A stretch of 63,569 bases of DNA, counting the filler, from Reticulomyxa filosa (Eukaryota > Protista > Foraminifera): assembly GCA_000512085.1 (NCBI GenBank). It is 18 parts of 18 records of this genome, joined end to end, with 100 filler letters (N's around TTAATTAATTAA, not from the genome) between each part and the next. Parts side by side here need not be neighbours in the genome. Positions count along the whole stretch, not along the records: positions 51,750 to 55,572 come from ASPP01027399.1; positions 55,673 to 57,754 come from ASPP01023729.1; positions 57,855 to 59,265 come from ASPP01000488.1; positions 59,366 to 62,367 come from ASPP01002399.1; positions 62,468 to 63,569 come from ASPP01036491.1; 13 more parts are not named here. One strand, 5' to 3'. The position numbers and the translations under genes are program-made. Shown here piece by piece: positions 52,626 through 63,569 of this stretch (its first letter is position 1; each line of letters opens with the position of its first letter). The notes beneath the pieces are model-generated. The model was not told the origin of the DNA, did no database searches, and saw only the letters and a program-made list of their open reading frames with translations.

Positions 52626-53330
52626 AAAGAGATCCAAATCATTATCCATCATTTGATTCGAAAATTAAACATTAAATTAGGATGGATCAAAGATTTTGAC
52701 AAATTTATTGTCAATTATGTTAGCTCATTTGCTTTTTCTTTTCTTAAATGCTAATTAAAACATTTTAATATTATTTAACATATGTGTATACTGTCTTCAT
52801 GTTTGACACATTTCGTTCATCATCCAAATTAATCAATACAGTCACTGGACATGCTAGTCGGGTTTGGAGTATTGATTATTCAACACTTGATGATTGTCAA
52901 TTCATTTGTTCTGGATCAGAAGATAAAGCAGTTCGTGTATGGGATGTTGATAACAACAAACAAATTCAATCATTCAATGGACATTCAAGTTATGTGCTTT
53001 GTGTGAAATTTTCATCATATCATTATCATAATCATCGTTAAAATGTCATTTGTTCTTCATCATATGACAACACCATTCGTTTTTGGGATTTCAAACATAA
53101 TAAACAATTACAAATATTCAATGGACACACAAAAGGTGTTAATAGAATTGAATTTTCACCATTTAATGGTGGTAGATATTTGTGTTCTGGATCTGGTGAC
53201 AAAACAATTCGTTTATGGGATGTTGAAATATCAAAATCATTACATGTTTTCAATGGACATAAAGATATTGTTTGGTGTGTTGATATTTCATTACAAAGCA
53301 ATAGTAATAATTATAAAATGAATAATATTG
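52626..53330 (+). pseudogene. WD40-repeat gene with an in-frame TAA (53039-53041) and a truncated 3' end
   Basis: GH...ICSGSEDKAVRVWD; GHSSYVLCVKFS..HNHR*NVICSSSYDNTIRFWD; LCSGSGDKTIRLWD; breaks off after about 3.5 repeats. Confidence 0.88.
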
Positions 53331-54393
53331 TGTTTGGAAAGTTCAGTTCAAAAGGAAAGAGTTCTTTGCCTTCTTTCGGTTTCTTACTGAAGAAAACTTA
53401 ATTTTGGATTTTGTGACATGTTTTTACAGATTTTTTAAAAGCAATTACTGTTTCTCAGTTTGTGCAAGTTTACTTTATTTAAATGATTTGATTTTACTGG
53501 AAGGTAGTTGCCACACAATATAAATGATCTAATTAAATATATGTGTTGATTGTAGATTATTCTTAAGCATTGTATATTTCCACAAATGGCAATTTTGTAT
53601 TGTATGCTACATACTGAATAAAATTAGGATGACAAAGAAGCCAAAGTCTCAAAGCCTGTTGTTTCTTGTATGATTATGTTAGTTTGGTCCATTTTGATGA
53701 AAGCCAAAAGTAGCATCAACCTTGTTTTAAGTTATTTCGAAATAAATAATTATTTTTAGAATTCTTTTTCTATAAAAGACAAATTTTAGTCTGCTTCATA
53801 TTCTTCCTTCCACCGTTAATATAGAAACATCTGAAAAGAAATCAAAAACAGAGCCTTTAATGACTACGTCTAAGCAATAAAAATTGTGCAATTTTAAAGT
53901 TTTTCATTTTTACAGTTTTGTTGAAAATAACAGAGAGAAAAAAATGTTCGATCCTTTGTTTTTGAGTGTTCTACTTGGAAATATGCATTTGTTTATAATC
54001 AATTGATAGTCATTGGACAACACACAATAACAAAGCAACAACACTGTTATGAATAATGAAAAAGCAATTGAAGTAAAAAAAAACATTCGAAAGAGCTTCG
54101 ATGTACAACTATCCAAAATTGCATTCAATTGAAATACAAAAAGGTTCTAACTCTTCCTGTTGAAAGTAAATGTATTAACAAAATTCCTAAAAATTGATTT
54201 TATCAGTTATATGGTATAACTTTTTATTGAAGTTCTTACGTTTACTGCTAAGTCAAAAAGCTGCTAAAGATTGATATAATTTCTTTGTGATAAACAATTG
54301 AAATATATTATTTACCAATAAAGATGAAAGAAAACCATATTTAAAGAAGACGTAATTCATAAATATTTAATTACTTTTTCATTGAAAAATCAG

Positions 54394-55572
54394 TTATCTG
54401 TATGTACTATATTTAAAAATAATTTTATCAAAATCGTCGACCCATCCAAATTTTATTTGTAAATTTTGAACCCAATATTCAATAATATATTTTATTTCAT
54501 ATTTTGACTGTTCATTTATTTATTATTTATTATTTATTATTTTGTCAATCAATCAAATTGCTTTGTATTTCATCAAAACAAATAAATAAACAAATCATTA
54601 CCAAGTATGAAGTATCCCATGTACGCACTTTAGTCTTCATGTGAGTTGATACTGTTCTCCTTTTATCATCTCTTCCTCCAATGATGTGTATATCATTGTC
54701 TTCTTCATTTAATATTGCAACACATGAATCCAATGAACTGGGTAAAGTATGTTCAAATGTAGTCCATGTTTTTTTTGGTATTGAATATTTGTGCACTGAC
54801 CTTGAAATATTACTACAAGTAGATACACCACACAATCCACCAAAGAATAAAATGACATCATTAATGCACACATGCGCATATCCATAAAATAATTCAATAT
54901 CTTTACAAACAGGTAGTTGATGAAATTGAAAAGTGTTGTTATTTTCATCATATTCAATTGATAATCCATTACTTCTACAAAATAATAACATTTCAATTTT
55001 TTTTCCCATCATTTCTTGTTTATTTTCTGATTTTAAAACAAAGCAATGATATTCAAAATCAATTGGTAAGCTATCATTTTTAATAAGTTGAAATGTATTT
55101 AAATCAAACACACGAATTTCATTTGGATAATGAGTGATAAATAACAAATGGTTGTTGCTCCCACCAACCACACTACGCATTCCACCACAAAAATCATGAT
55201 CTATTTTAATAGTAATTGGATTATCATAATTGTCTGTGAATGGAATCCATTCATTGTAATTTTTAGATTTATCTATTTCATTGAGACTACTCCAAACACT
55301 TACATATTTCATCATCAATGTATGTCTTTTACAAGTCTCATCTCCACCAAAAGACAATAAAGTAATTTCATCACTATCTTTATTTTTGTTTTTGTTATCT
55401 ACCAGTTTCACTACACAATATCCACCTATTATAACATCACTTGGATACTCACAGATAAACTTGTATTCGTTTTTGATTGTATGATAAGAATAACAGTCTC
55501 TTTGACCACCACCTCCACAAAGGAGGAGTTCGTGTTTGTGTAATACACATTGAGATGAAGCAAGTGGAATTG
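54394..55572 (-). CDS. Kelch-like beta-propeller protein; 5' truncated, intron 54601-54508
   Basis: SQCVLHKHELLLCGG..CYSYHTIKNEYKFICEYP..LLSFGG..ILFFGG..VHKYSIPKKTWTTF..IHIIGG; last exon SKYEIKYIIEYWVQNLQIKFGWVDDFDKIIFKY. Confidence 0.88.
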
Positions 55573-56524
55573 NNNNNNNNNNNNNNNNNNNNNNNNNNNN
55601 NNNNNNNNNNNNNNNNTTAATTAATTAANNNNNNNNNNNNNNNNNNNNNNNNNNNNNNNNNNNNNNNNNNNNTTTAGTTTTTTTTTTTTTTTTTTGTTGA
55701 GAAAGTGTGTTGAAAGGTGGGAAGGACTAGAAATGAAAAAAAAAAAAAAAACAGAAAATTCGCAAAGAAATTTCCAGTCTTGTAACTCACCTAAAGAGTC
55801 CTTGTTTACTTCAGATTTCTCTGAGGTGCGCTTGCCAACCTTTGCTGTGTCTTGAATAATGGACGATGCTTGTCTTGCTCTGTTTTTAATTGAAACACGC
55901 GAACAAGAAAAAACTTCTGTTCAAGCACACGGCTATAATAGATTGAAAAAACTCACTTTATGGAAAAGACAGGAAGAACACGGAAAAATGTCAATGAATA
56001 TGTACTTTGTTTGCAAAATGACGCCGATATAGGTCTGTAAGATGTTAAAACTAGGCGCTGCATTTTTACGTTCAATTTCACAAGCTTGCGAGTGTAACGA
56101 CAACAACCGTTTCTAATAGAACTTGAATTTATGTATTCTATTTTACATTGTATGCAATCAATTTTCCTTTTTGTGAGTTCTTACTGACTAACGCATCGTC
56201 GGAACGGAAACTGTAGTAATTATTAGTAAAGAAATAGTGTAATTTTTAGCTGTAGTATCCAATTTTCTTTGTTTTACTTAATTTGTTATTTTGACTGGGG
56301 AATGGAAGTGATTATAACTTAAAAAACAGGTCGAACTTTTCGTGGGGTTCGAAAACGACAAAAAAATCTCTAGACATTTTGTGGATTGATGGCAAGCAAT
56401 GATAATGACTCTGGCGTGGAGATCTTGTGGTTGAAGGTGAAGAATTGTGTATATGGGAAAAACTAAAACGTAGGTTGGGGATGCATGAACAGAAAAAAAA
56501 ACGTGCACGCTCCACAGAATATGT

Positions 56525-57481
56525 ATGATATGCATACAACAGGAACGACAAAGCAAAGCAGATATAGAACAAGCAAAAAATAGAGAAAAAATGACCAATA
56601 GCAAGGAAAAAAAAATAACAATGCAAATGAAAAGAAAGCGTTACCAAATGTCAGAAAGCAATGAACCAAAAAAAGCAAAAAAAAGACAAAGATTGATAGA
56701 ATATGATGAAATGTGGAAATATTTTGGAGAAAATGATACAATATGTTTTGTGGATGCATCAACGATACAAAATCCTGGTGCAAGTGGCATAGGATATGTA
56801 ATAAGAATAGGAAAAGGAGAAGTGGATAATGACGATACAAACAAAAATAATAACAAAATTATCAAAGGTAAACAAATAGTAGGTTATGCAACAAACAATG
56901 AAGCAGAGTTACTCGCAATTTGGTATGTGATACAAGAAGTAGGAAGAAATAAATCCAAATTATTATCAAATAAAATTCGTATTCTTTCCGATAGTATCTT
57001 TGCATTGTCTTGTTTCACTGATGTGGATTGTACACATACTAAAAATGAATTCATAAATTCATTAAAAAAACAATTTATGGATTTTGTACGAAAACAATCA
57101 TTTGATATTACATTTCATTGGGTGAAAGGACATATTGGAATTTATGGTAATGAAATAGCTGATTCTTTGGCAAATATTGCAGCAAAATTATGTATTAACA
57201 CAAATACAATTCTAGATCATCAATTACTGCTATTGCCTTCTATTCATACTGATAATATTTCATTATCTTCTTCTTTATGCTGTTTTACACGCATTTCTCC
57301 TCAAATATCATCGTCTGCTTCATATTGGCATGCCACTTCTTATTTTTATTGGAATGAACAATTCTTTAGTAAGTGCCATTTATTATCTTCTCAATTTCCA
57401 TTATCCATTGCTTCACTTTGGTCGGTTTGGTTATCTTTATCTCTAATTTCAGATATTCAAAATTTAAATATAAAAAGTTAA
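56525..57481 (+). CDS. Ribonuclease HI-like domain protein
   Basis: Catalytic D-E-D-D intact: CFVDAS..NPGASGIG; TNNEAELLAI; ILSDS; FHWVKGHIGIYGNEIADSLA. Confidence 0.88.
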   Translation: MICIQQERQSKADIEQAKNREKMTNSKEKKITMQMKRKRYQMSESNEPKKAKKRQRLIEYDEMWKYFGENDTICFVDASTIQNPGASGIGYVIRIGKGEVDNDDTNKNNNKIIKGKQIVGYATNNEAELLAIWYVIQEVGRNKSKLLSNKIRILSDSIFALSCFTDVDCTHTKNEFINSLKKQFMDFVRKQSFDITFHWVKGHIGIYGNEIADSLANIAAKLCINTNTILDHQLLLLPSIHTDNISLSSSLCCFTRISPQISSSASYWHATSYFYWNEQFFSKCHLLSSQFPLSIASLWSVWLSLSLISDIQNLNIKS

Positions 57482-57854
57482 TATCATATATATGCATATA
57501 TAATATAATGTAATGTAAAATATGACTAATTATAACAAATACAGATATTTCAATATTTGTGAATCATTCATTTGTGATTGATCATCTAACTCATTCTCAT
57601 CCTTCTAGTCATGATTCTTATTTTGAACTTCTGAAATGGATTCGAATGGAACTTTGGATATGGAAAAAGGAAGGATTTTATTTTGATTTTTTACATTTTC
57701 CAAATTCTTCATTGCATGATATCTCATTATTACCTTCTTCTTCTTCTTCTTCTTNNNNNNNNNNNNNNNNNNNNNNNNNNNNNNNNNNNNNNNNNNNNTT
57801 AATTAATTAANNNNNNNNNNNNNNNNNNNNNNNNNNNNNNNNNNNNNNNNNNNN

Positions 57855-58002
57855 GAACCTTTTCTTCTTCAGACTGTTTAAATCACAATTTACACACGCT
57901 AAACAAAATATTAAAAAAACAATAGATTTTCTGAAAGCTTGTACTAAAGCTTACCAACTCTAGTTGTGTTGAAGTTTGCTTCTTATTGCCAAGAGTTGTC
58001 AT
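57855..58002 (-). CDS. 5' exons of a probable WD40-family paralog, cut by the contig end
   Basis: MTTLGNKKQTSTQLEL, a GT-AG intron, then SEEEKV; family assigned from recollection of this organism's WD40 N-termini. Confidence 0.4.
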
Positions 58003-60862
58003 TTTGTTTTTTTTCTTAAGATCGTGTTTGATAATGTAAAATGGAAGATATTGAACTTTTTTCCTTTCGAGGGCAAGAAAGGAGTTTTCAAAAATATTTT
58101 TGTCGACATGAAAAATGGATTTTAACAATATATGTGATTTCTTTTTCAGTGATGATAGAAATTTTTTAAAAGAACTTGTCTAAAACTGAGTATGCACATA
58201 TATTACAAGTTTTCAACAAAATCTTTGAAGATATTTGTTCAAATTTTTTTGTGGTTGTAAAGAATGTTTAAAAACAAAAAAGGAACTTTAATGCTGAAAT
58301 AAAAGGTGTAATTTAACACAACTTTTATTACATTACTAAGCTCAAAGAGTAAAACTGCGTAAACATAAATTCCATAAATTACGCAAATGATATGTTTTCA
58401 TTAATTACTTTGAGTATTTTATTGTAAAAGATTTAAAAGATGTAATAATTTGTTTGTAAAAATGAAATTATGTGATTTCAAAAGGCTCTTCAATAAAATA
58501 TAAAAAGTCACATAAATATGTTATGTATGTGAGATTACTTTTCTCAAACAATGTTCTGTCATTAAATTAAACAATATTTGAATTCAATATGTTTCTTTCT
58601 TCAATTATGCTTTGTCATTTCGTTTATTATTTCATTTGTCCAGAGTCTCTTTGTATATTCCATTGGATGCAATTTTGGACAGTTATAAATCGAGAATCTT
58701 TCGAATATCGTTACCTTTTATTTCAATTGTTCATTATTTATAACAGCGTTCAATGACTATCAGCTGATCTAAACAAAAAAGGAAAAAGAAAAATATCATT
58801 TAATTTCATTGACATGAAATGGTTGTTGAAAATATTTATCAAATAGAACATTCAAAAGCAAATGATTCAATACATTTCTTTCTTTTTCTGTTGTTTTCAA
58901 CAAAATTGAAACATGAAAAATTGTAAAACTTCAAAATGACAAAGCAAAGCGTTTTTTCTTGATTCCACAATCATATAATAAGCAAGTATCTGCTAAAGAA
59001 AATATGCACTCTGTCGAGGATAATTTTAATCAGTTTTTATATTATGTTTTTGCGCAAAAACATTGACTGTTTAGATTATTACAACTGATTTTAAACAGGA
59101 AGCATTGAACAAAAAATCAATTTGGAGATATGAATGGTTGCTTTTACATCACTTGAATAAATTTGATTTACAAAAACATTATTTTCAAAGAAAAGCATTT
59201 CTGCTAATAAAAAATTCACAGAATAAGTAAGATTATATAAAGATTTTTGCATTGTAGAATTATTGNNNNNNNNNNNNNNNNNNNNNNNNNNNNNNNNNNN
59301 NNNNNNNNNTTAATTAATTAANNNNNNNNNNNNNNNNNNNNNNNNNNNNNNNNNNNNNNNNNNNNAAAATATTTTTGGCAACGTGAAATAGGATTTTAAC
59401 AATACATCTAATTGTCTTTTCGATAAAGACAAGAAATTTTTAAATTTACATCTTTTTTTTGAAAGATTTTTAATAAAAACTTTGAAAATAGTGTTTTGTA
59501 GTTTTTGGAGAATGTTTGAAAATAAAAAAGGAAAAACACAACTTTAATAAACTTTGTATGTGTTTGTTTCTGTTTTTAAATTGATTATCGTGAAGAGTAA
59601 AAATTTAAAGATTCGATTTTGAAACATTAAAACTGCTTAAGCATAAATTTTATAACTGATATATTTTAAAAGACATTTGATTGATTAATATTTCTTTAGA
59701 TGATAACACAACTCTTGAGATGCGATAATTTGTAGTAGAGACCATTGTGAAGAGGATTTTTGCAACATTAATGTGATTAAATATCAATATTTTATTAAAT
59801 AAACACTTGTCTCATTTGCAAAATTTGAGAAATGATTTAATTCATTATAATATTTTAGTAATAAGATACAAACAATTAAATTAATTATTTGAAATGAATG
59901 TAATATTACCAAATCCAATATTCACGCTGATAATTTAATCTTTGATACCAAACAGATTTCATTGCTGCAATACCCTTGCAGATTGATTCCTCCAATTTTT
60001 CATTTCCTTTTGTACAATATTATTTTCTTGTTCTTGTTTTTATTCATTATTTCAAACAAAGAGATACAAAATATGTATCAATATAATGAATTTGTATTCT
60101 TCAATTCATTGGTTTTTGATTCTAATTTGTTTTTATAATCGTATGTGTTATCAATATAAAAAATAGTTCAACATTATTTGAACACAGCAGTATCATTGAA
60201 TAACATTCCAAATTTTAACATAATTGTGTTATGGTGCATACGAAGTTTGTTGTGTTTGGGGATGAAGACAGATGATTGAACTTTTAAAGTTACTTCTATT
60301 TTTTGTAAATTGAAAAGGCATGAATAAAAATTTGCTTTGATTTCTATTTTCCAATTTAATTATATTAAAATTTGGAATGCGATATGCTTTTTTTATGAAA
60401 AGAAATTCAACAAATACCTGTAGTAAATGAGAAATTTTTTTATTGAAATTGCAACTGCAATACTTTTTTGGGGGCGATATAGAAGATTGAAGGATGTGAC
60501 TGCAAGTTTTTTAAAATTCTAAACAAATTTTTCTAGTGAGTGTGCTTGGGTCAAATAATATTTAGAAAATTATAATTTATTAACAAAAACCATAAAACTC
60601 CGACATAAAAAAAAGGCTTCATTTAGATTTCGTATTGTTGAAATATGTGAACATTTGGAGTAATGATAATCACAATAACAAGCGACGTGAATAAATCAAA
60701 GAAGTTAAACAATTATAATTATTAAATTATTTTTATGAGCAATTACGATCATCCAATGGATATTGGAAGAATTATTATGGAGTGCGTTTACCATGTATCA
60801 TTTATCACTCATAAAATATAATTATGAATAAATAAAATAAAATAAACGACAATACTGAAAAA

Positions 60863-61538
60863 TTATCCAAATTTAAATGAAATGATATAGAAATCATTTT
60901 TACATCGAATGGATTCACAAGACAATAGTATTTGATAATTTTGTTTATTTATTTTCATAATTTCTTGTCCTTTTTTTGAATTTGATACAAAGCAATGACA
61001 AAATATTGAATCATTAGTTGGTAAAGTATTATGTTTAATAAATTGAAATGTATTTAAATCAAACACACTAATAGTATAATAAGTGATAAATAATAAATGA
61101 TTGTTGCTTCTACCAATCACTGCACGCACTCCTTCATAATGATCATAATCTCTTCCAGTGATAATTGGATGATTGTCTGCGAAATGTACCAATTATTGTA
61201 ATTATTTGATTTGTTTGACATATTACTCCAAACACTTACATATTTCATCACTAATGTATGTCTCTTTGTAAATGAAGATCCGCCAAAAGACAACAAAGTA
61301 ATTTGATTTCTGTGTTTGTTGTTGTTATCTACCAGTTTCACCACACAATGTCAATTTAATTCAACATCACTTGGATACTCACAGATAAACTTGTATTCGT
61401 TTTTGAGTGTGTGATCAGAATAACAAGATCTTTGTTCATAACCTCCCACAAATGAGGAATTCGTGTTTGTGTAGCACACTGAGTGTGCCAAAGTGGAGTG
61501 GGCAGCTCCTTCAAAGTTTGAAAGGTTTGGCTACTTAT
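60863..61538 (-). pseudogene. Kelch-family pseudogene, paralog of 54394-55572
   Basis: High nucleotide similarity to the paralog (e.g. CTTGGATACTCACAGATAAACTTGTATTCGTTTTTGA); ATA at the expected start; multiple frameshifts; truncated near 60920. Confidence 0.88.
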
Positions 61539-62530
61539 GTTGTTAATGTTGAGGACTACGAGAAAAATGTTTCTCTTTTTTGGTGACACAAAGAATTTTT
61601 TTAAAAACCAGCAATAAAATATTTCGTTCATGAATTCTTTTTTTTTACGACTGAAATTTGTTACATTATTCAAAGTTTAATAAACTCGGCTTAAAAAAAA
61701 ATCAGTTTTCTGAGATTTATTTCATTAAAAAACGTTTCAAAAATGCATCAATCTAAGTATGTGTTTGATCGATCGGAGAGTTGCAATCCTGTAATGAAAA
61801 TTGAACATCCACTCCAAGACCTGGATTTATTACAAATGCTTAATCTAATTGGACGCGCGGAAAAATGTCTATTTTAAAAAAAAAAGACTGTTAAATATTA
61901 CACCCACATTTGCTAATTAAACAATTTTAAAAAAACCAAAGCGGAAACAAAAACAATCGCACTTCAAACAAAAACAAATGACATGTAATTGAGCGAGAAA
62001 ATAAGACAGAACGGGTTGAAGAAGAATGTTAAAAGATTGCTTTCAAACAAAGAGAAAAATGCAACCAGGCTAAAAAAACGACGAACAGTTCCATTTTGGT
62101 TGATATTTTAATTCCAGTCTGTTTCGTTTTTTTGTGAAAATTCTCAGTCGCTATTATCTTCCCGCGGAAATGTTTCAGGCGATTGTTCATCGGGTGTTTG
62201 AAAAAAAGGTTGTTGCCATGTAGATATGTCTTCGGACCTGGCAAGATATCCAGTTTCTTCTTCTCTTAGTTGTTGGTTGTCAGACAGCTTAGCCTTTAAA
62301 TCCGTTACTTCTTTCTATTTTTGGTAAAAACAAAAATTACATTATGAATTTTTTTTTTTTTTTTTTTNNNNNNNNNNNNNNNNNNNNNNNNNNNNNNNNN
62401 NNNNNNNNNNNTTAATTAATTAANNNNNNNNNNNNNNNNNNNNNNNNNNNNNNNNNNNNNNNNNNNNGTGTGTGTGTATGTTGAGATAAATAAAGTTTAA
62501 TCTTTTTAAAAAAAAAAAAAAAAAAAACAC

Positions 62531-63569
62531 CTGAGCACGGAATGTACGGTGCCACAAGTCCACCTTCAAAGGATCAGTCCCGACAGGGGGCTCACAACTC
62601 GGGGGCTTGATGTTCAGATCTCTCCTCAGCTTGCCAACTTGCATCAGACTGTGTGCGAGGACGTATGAATGCGCAAGCACGCCTGCGCCGGTCAGTACAA
62701 AGTGATCCACCAATCGCACAACGGCCTTTGCCAAAGGGGCGTCAATGTAATAAAATTTGATGGCACAAATCACACTGACCCCAGCCACCGGTGTCGTCGA
62801 GGTTTGCACGTCCAAAAGGACTGCATTGTCAATTGCACTATTTATTATTATTATTGTTATTTTTTTTTTTTTTGCTGGGAAAGAAAGATATGGCAGGAAC
62901 GTATAATACACGAAAGAACGTAACGTCGTTTGTGACGATCCCAAATAGCCAATGGGGAAGTCACTTCCACCTGAGGTGGGAAAAAAGTCCAGTCCTCGCA
63001 ACACGCCCGAGTTGCGATGGAGCAAGACCTTGACTATTGTGCTACCAGGGTCATATGCTTGAGGGGACATATTGTCTGCATTTTCCACAAAACATTCGTA
63101 TATATGTATATATATATACATATATGTACAGATCCACACACACACATCAAGCACTGCTTTTTTTCAAACAAAAAGATCGGACTTAACGGGTCTGCCCAAA
63201 CATCAACTCGGTGGTATCGTCATGGATTAATTTGAATCCGTCTACATTATCCACAAACAAAATGTAGAGGAAGTTCTTACAAAACTTAACAAAAAAAAAA
63301 AAAAAAAGAAATGTTCTTTTTTTTTAACAAATATAGGCCGAATCGGCATAAGCATTTATTTTTGTCACTGCTGACACGTTGCCACCATCTCCCTCAGGAG
63401 TGGTATCCACTGTTCCGAACCAACCAGTCACGCTCACCATTTTCTCAGATAGTACACTAGAGTTCTGGATCAACGCAAAAACAACGAACAAAGAGTGCTC
63501 TTCGCAACGTTCAAAGACGCTATCCTTTTTCTTTCGTGTTCTTTGAGTTTCACTGGCAGACAAGACTAG
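62531..63569 (-). CDS. Internal exons of a hypothetical eukaryotic protein
   Basis: Balanced-GC open segments separated by poly-A/T and (TA)n introns; no confident domain. Confidence 0.5.

Noticed and set aside
53039-53041. In-frame TAA in the WD40 gene as stop-codon reassignment (TAA=Gln)
   Set aside because: Intact genes here (RLP24, RCC1-BTB, the Cys-rich protein) end in TAA, and this WD40 copy is also truncated; a pseudogene is simpler
59800-60300. Possible further gene-family remnant on the minus strand
   Set aside because: Only short coiled-coil-like peptides between stops; too degraded to call

Overview
This window is not one locus. It is 18 unrelated contigs joined by an artificial 100-nt linker (N44-TTAATTAATTAA-N44), so adjacency across a linker means nothing. 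Fifteen contigs are AT-rich and look eukaryotic, several with spliceosomal introns. Their kelch, WD40, TRAF-zinc-finger and HEAT families and poly-Asn tracts strongly resemble the foraminiferan Reticulomyxa filosa (recognised from memory, not by search). Three contigs are bacterial: one AT-rich, IS-flanked, Rickettsiales-like contig with ispE (42064-44467) and two GC-rich proteobacterial contigs (44568-45882, 47434-49252). Recognisable eukaryotic genes are a SIM-RING E3 ligase, a DHHC palmitoyltransferase, a TSP1-repeat protein, a DUF6174-like secreted protein, a cyclic-nucleotide-gated channel, RCC1-BTB, a SAM-dCTP pyrophosphatase fusion, RLP24, a deviant ARF, RNase H, and kelch/WD40/TRAF genes and pseudogenes, plus Ty3/gypsy remnants. 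The best leads are: (1) a ~636-bp nested palindrome of iterated motifs centred between two divergent start codons; (2) a SAM-DCTPP1/MazG fusion with a SAMHD1-like architecture; (3) a short GW-x-x-DF-x-K module shared by kelch C-termini and a WD40 N-terminus; (4) a solo LTR with a 4-bp TSD and a degenerate hammerhead-like motif. Many frameshifts fall in homopolymer runs and are probably sequencing errors. Exon boundaries were read by eye.
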